Source of the DNA: Octopus bimaculoides
Taxonomy: Eukaryota
Length of the DNA: 38,477 bases
NCBI RefSeq assembly: GCF_001194135.2
Contig: NC_068999.1
Coordinates: 41,350,937 to 41,389,413, forward strand
Reading direction: 5' to 3'
This document shows, piece after piece, positions 36,483 to 38,477 of this stretch. Both the position numbers and the translations under genes were made by a program. Below the pieces are notes generated by a model, which had not been told where the DNA came from, searched no databases, and saw only the letters and a list, made by a program, of their open reading frames with translations. Numbering within the stretch: position 1 is the first letter of the stretch; each line of letters begins with the position of its first letter.

Positions 36483-36683
36483 TCGAATTTTGACACAAGG
36501 CCAGCAATTTCGGGATAGGGGAAAGTCGATTAAATCGACCCCAGTGCTTAACTGGTACTTATTTTATCGACTGCGAAAGGTAAAGTCGACGCCGATGACA
36601 TTTGAACTCAGAACGTAGAGACGGACGAAATGGCCGCTATGCATTTTGTCCGGTTTGCTAACGATTCTGCCATCTCATCACCT
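36483..36683 (-). mobile_element. SINE family B
   Basis: …gaaagtcgattaaatcgaccccagtgcttaactggtacttattttatcga…tttgaactcagaacgtagagacggacgaaat…ctaacgattctgccatctc. Confidence 0.85.
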
Positions 36684-36704
36684 CTTAATATTAAGAAACG
36701 ATCG

Positions 36705-36836
36705 AAGGCAGCAAACTTGCAGAAGCGTTAGTATTTACTTTCTAAGTTCAAACTCCACCGAGGTCGACTTCACCTTTTATCGTTTCGGGGGTCGATAAAA
36801 TAAGTACCGCTTGAACACTGGGTCTACTTAATTGAC
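36705..36836 (+). mobile_element. SINE family B, internally deleted, head-to-head with the previous copy
   Basis: aaggcagcaaacttgcagaagcgttag…gttcaaactccaccgaggtcgactt…gggtcgataaaataagtacc. Confidence 0.75.
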
Positions 36837-37144
36837 AACTCTTGATGAAGACTAAAAATATGCATAGAGTACATGTTTGACTGAAACGAAATACATGTAG
36901 GCTTGTTTATCACTCGTTCATTCGTCATTGATCCGGGATGAGACGGTACACGCATTGTGAATCGTGTTACGTTTATCACAGATTGATCTATGATAACACG
37001 GGTCGGCTATCAATCGAAAATTCTACTTGGACCACAAAAACACGCTCCAGCGAGCACCCACAATGCTCACCTATTCAAAATGCACTGAATGTCGCTTGTG
37101 CTCATTCATATGACCTTGCAATGAGGCTGTATTTTTTCATACAG

Positions 37145-37264
37145 ATTTACGTACTTATACCCATTGACATGGCGCCAGTAAACAGAATAAATACGAAGGC
37201 CTCTGATGCACAGAAAATCATAGAGATGATCAAGAAAATACGTGACGGTGCAAGATTTCCTGCT
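37145..37264 (+). other. Candidate 120-nt phase 0-0 coding exon (IYVLIPIDMAPVNRINTKASDAQKIIEMIKKIRDGARFPA); may extend 5' to 36982
   Basis: Acceptor ctgtattttttcatacag|, donor GCT|gtaagt, only frame 0 open; lies within a 117-codon non-repetitive ORF (36938-37291). Product not recognised. Confidence 0.45.
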
Positions 37265-37678
37265 GTAAGTTACGAGTTTTGGTGTCAATAAATCTTTCAT
37301 TAGTGACATTTATAAAGTGAGTGAATTTGATTCATTTATTACCGATTTCTCTATCGTTAGGATTTTTTATGCGAGACTGTGTTAAACGAGGAAAGATGTA
37401 TTACATTTAGATATACCAAATATGTAGAATATGTATATTTATTTTGATGTATGCGCAACAGAACCGTTTCTTCTTCATATCAAATACGTTATCTTTACAT
37501 TGATATGCATAATATTCAGAAATATGAATTTACCTTATTTCTTAATCTTGGATTCAGGTTACTGAACACAGATAATATTCTAGTTTCTTCAACGAAATAT
37601 TTGTCAATAGTGTGTGCGTGTGTCTATAGATATAAATACAGGTACATATATATGTAAATGTAAATATACATATATATA

Positions 37679-37707
37679 CGAGGCGGTACCCAAAAGTAAC
37701 CGGAAAC
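37679..37707. mobile_element. Isolated mariner-type TIR fragment
   Basis: ta|cgaggcggtacccaaaagtaaccggaa; no partner seen. Confidence 0.35.
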
Positions 37708-37861
37708 ACTATTTGGGACAAGTCCGTTATCTATATACGTGTATATGTGTTGTATATATATATAAACTAGCCTAAGGTTTGCTCATACATATTCATATAT
37801 ACGTATGTATACACTTATGTATAAACACGTATATGTGTGTGTATATGTGTACATATGTATA

Positions 37862-37936
<75 letters not shown>

Positions 37937-38160
37937 ATGTATGTGTTTAGTGAAGTCCTTGGTCTATCACAATTCACTACATCCATTGCCAGACTTAAAC
38001 AAGTGATAAACTTATGCAGATGGTGATCAATGAATCGACCGATCAATATTGATCCCTATCGATCTCTCTCATGCAAATGCGATAAAGAGTCAATTGCTTG
38101 GACGCTGGTGCAATCAGATGCATATAACAAATACGTGATTAACCTCAATAATTCACTTGT

Positions 38161-38211
<51 letters not shown>

Positions 38212-38477
38212 GTATACATACATACATATATGTATATACGCATATAAACACACATATATACATGTATATATACATACATATAAGCACATGTATAAACATA
38301 AGTATATAAATATGTACACACATATATACATACACAGAGGCACACACACATATACATATATATATATACGTATATATGTACACATATGTGTACATATTTG
38401 TAGTATATGATAATATTGGCGGCATTGTAGTATATGATAATATTTGCATATGTATGGGCTCTTGAGATGTTAGATAC

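Noticed and set aside
37256-37267. FPAV motif as in DEG/ENaC channels
   Set aside because: The V comes from the presumed intron and the upstream sequence does not resemble the DEG/ENaC post-TM1 region.
8422-38449. ORFs rich in YIYI, HTHT, CVCV, LSLS or ERER
   Set aside because: Translations of (TA)n, (CA)n, (TG)n and (AG)n microsatellites; no coding signal.
1-38477. CRISPR arrays, operons, and hallmark cephalopod gene families (protocadherins, C2H2 clusters, reflectins, chemotactile receptors)
   Set aside because: No regularly spaced direct repeats, no prokaryotic gene structure, and no diagnostic motifs found in any frame I examined.

Overview
This is eukaryotic, AT-rich, microsatellite-saturated genomic DNA from a short-read draft assembly. 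It has 11 N-gaps totalling about 4.6 kb, most abutting (TA)n or (CA)n runs. The repeat landscape resembles that of coleoid cephalopods such as Octopus (inference from the tRNA-headed SINE families, CR1-like and RTE-like LINE remnants and Tc1/mariner MITEs; not verifiable here). There is no complete CDS, rRNA, true tRNA gene or CRISPR array, and almost all ORFs in the supplied track are artefacts of N-runs or dinucleotide repeats. Several short + strand segments have textbook splice sites (15039-15097, 24785-24805, 37145-37264, plus weaker ones), so the window may be mostly intron of a large, unidentified + strand gene. The most notable signals are RNA-structural. A ~200-bp near-perfect palindrome at 29283-29484 carries a minimal type I hammerhead-ribozyme motif on each arm (opposite strands, head-to-head). 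A second minimal hammerhead at 14408-14455 (-) is enclosed by 21-bp inverted repeats, and several decayed hammerhead-like motifs are scattered through the window. All fit Penelope-like retroelement termini. Two further long fold-backs lie at 23913-24168 and 36483-36836.
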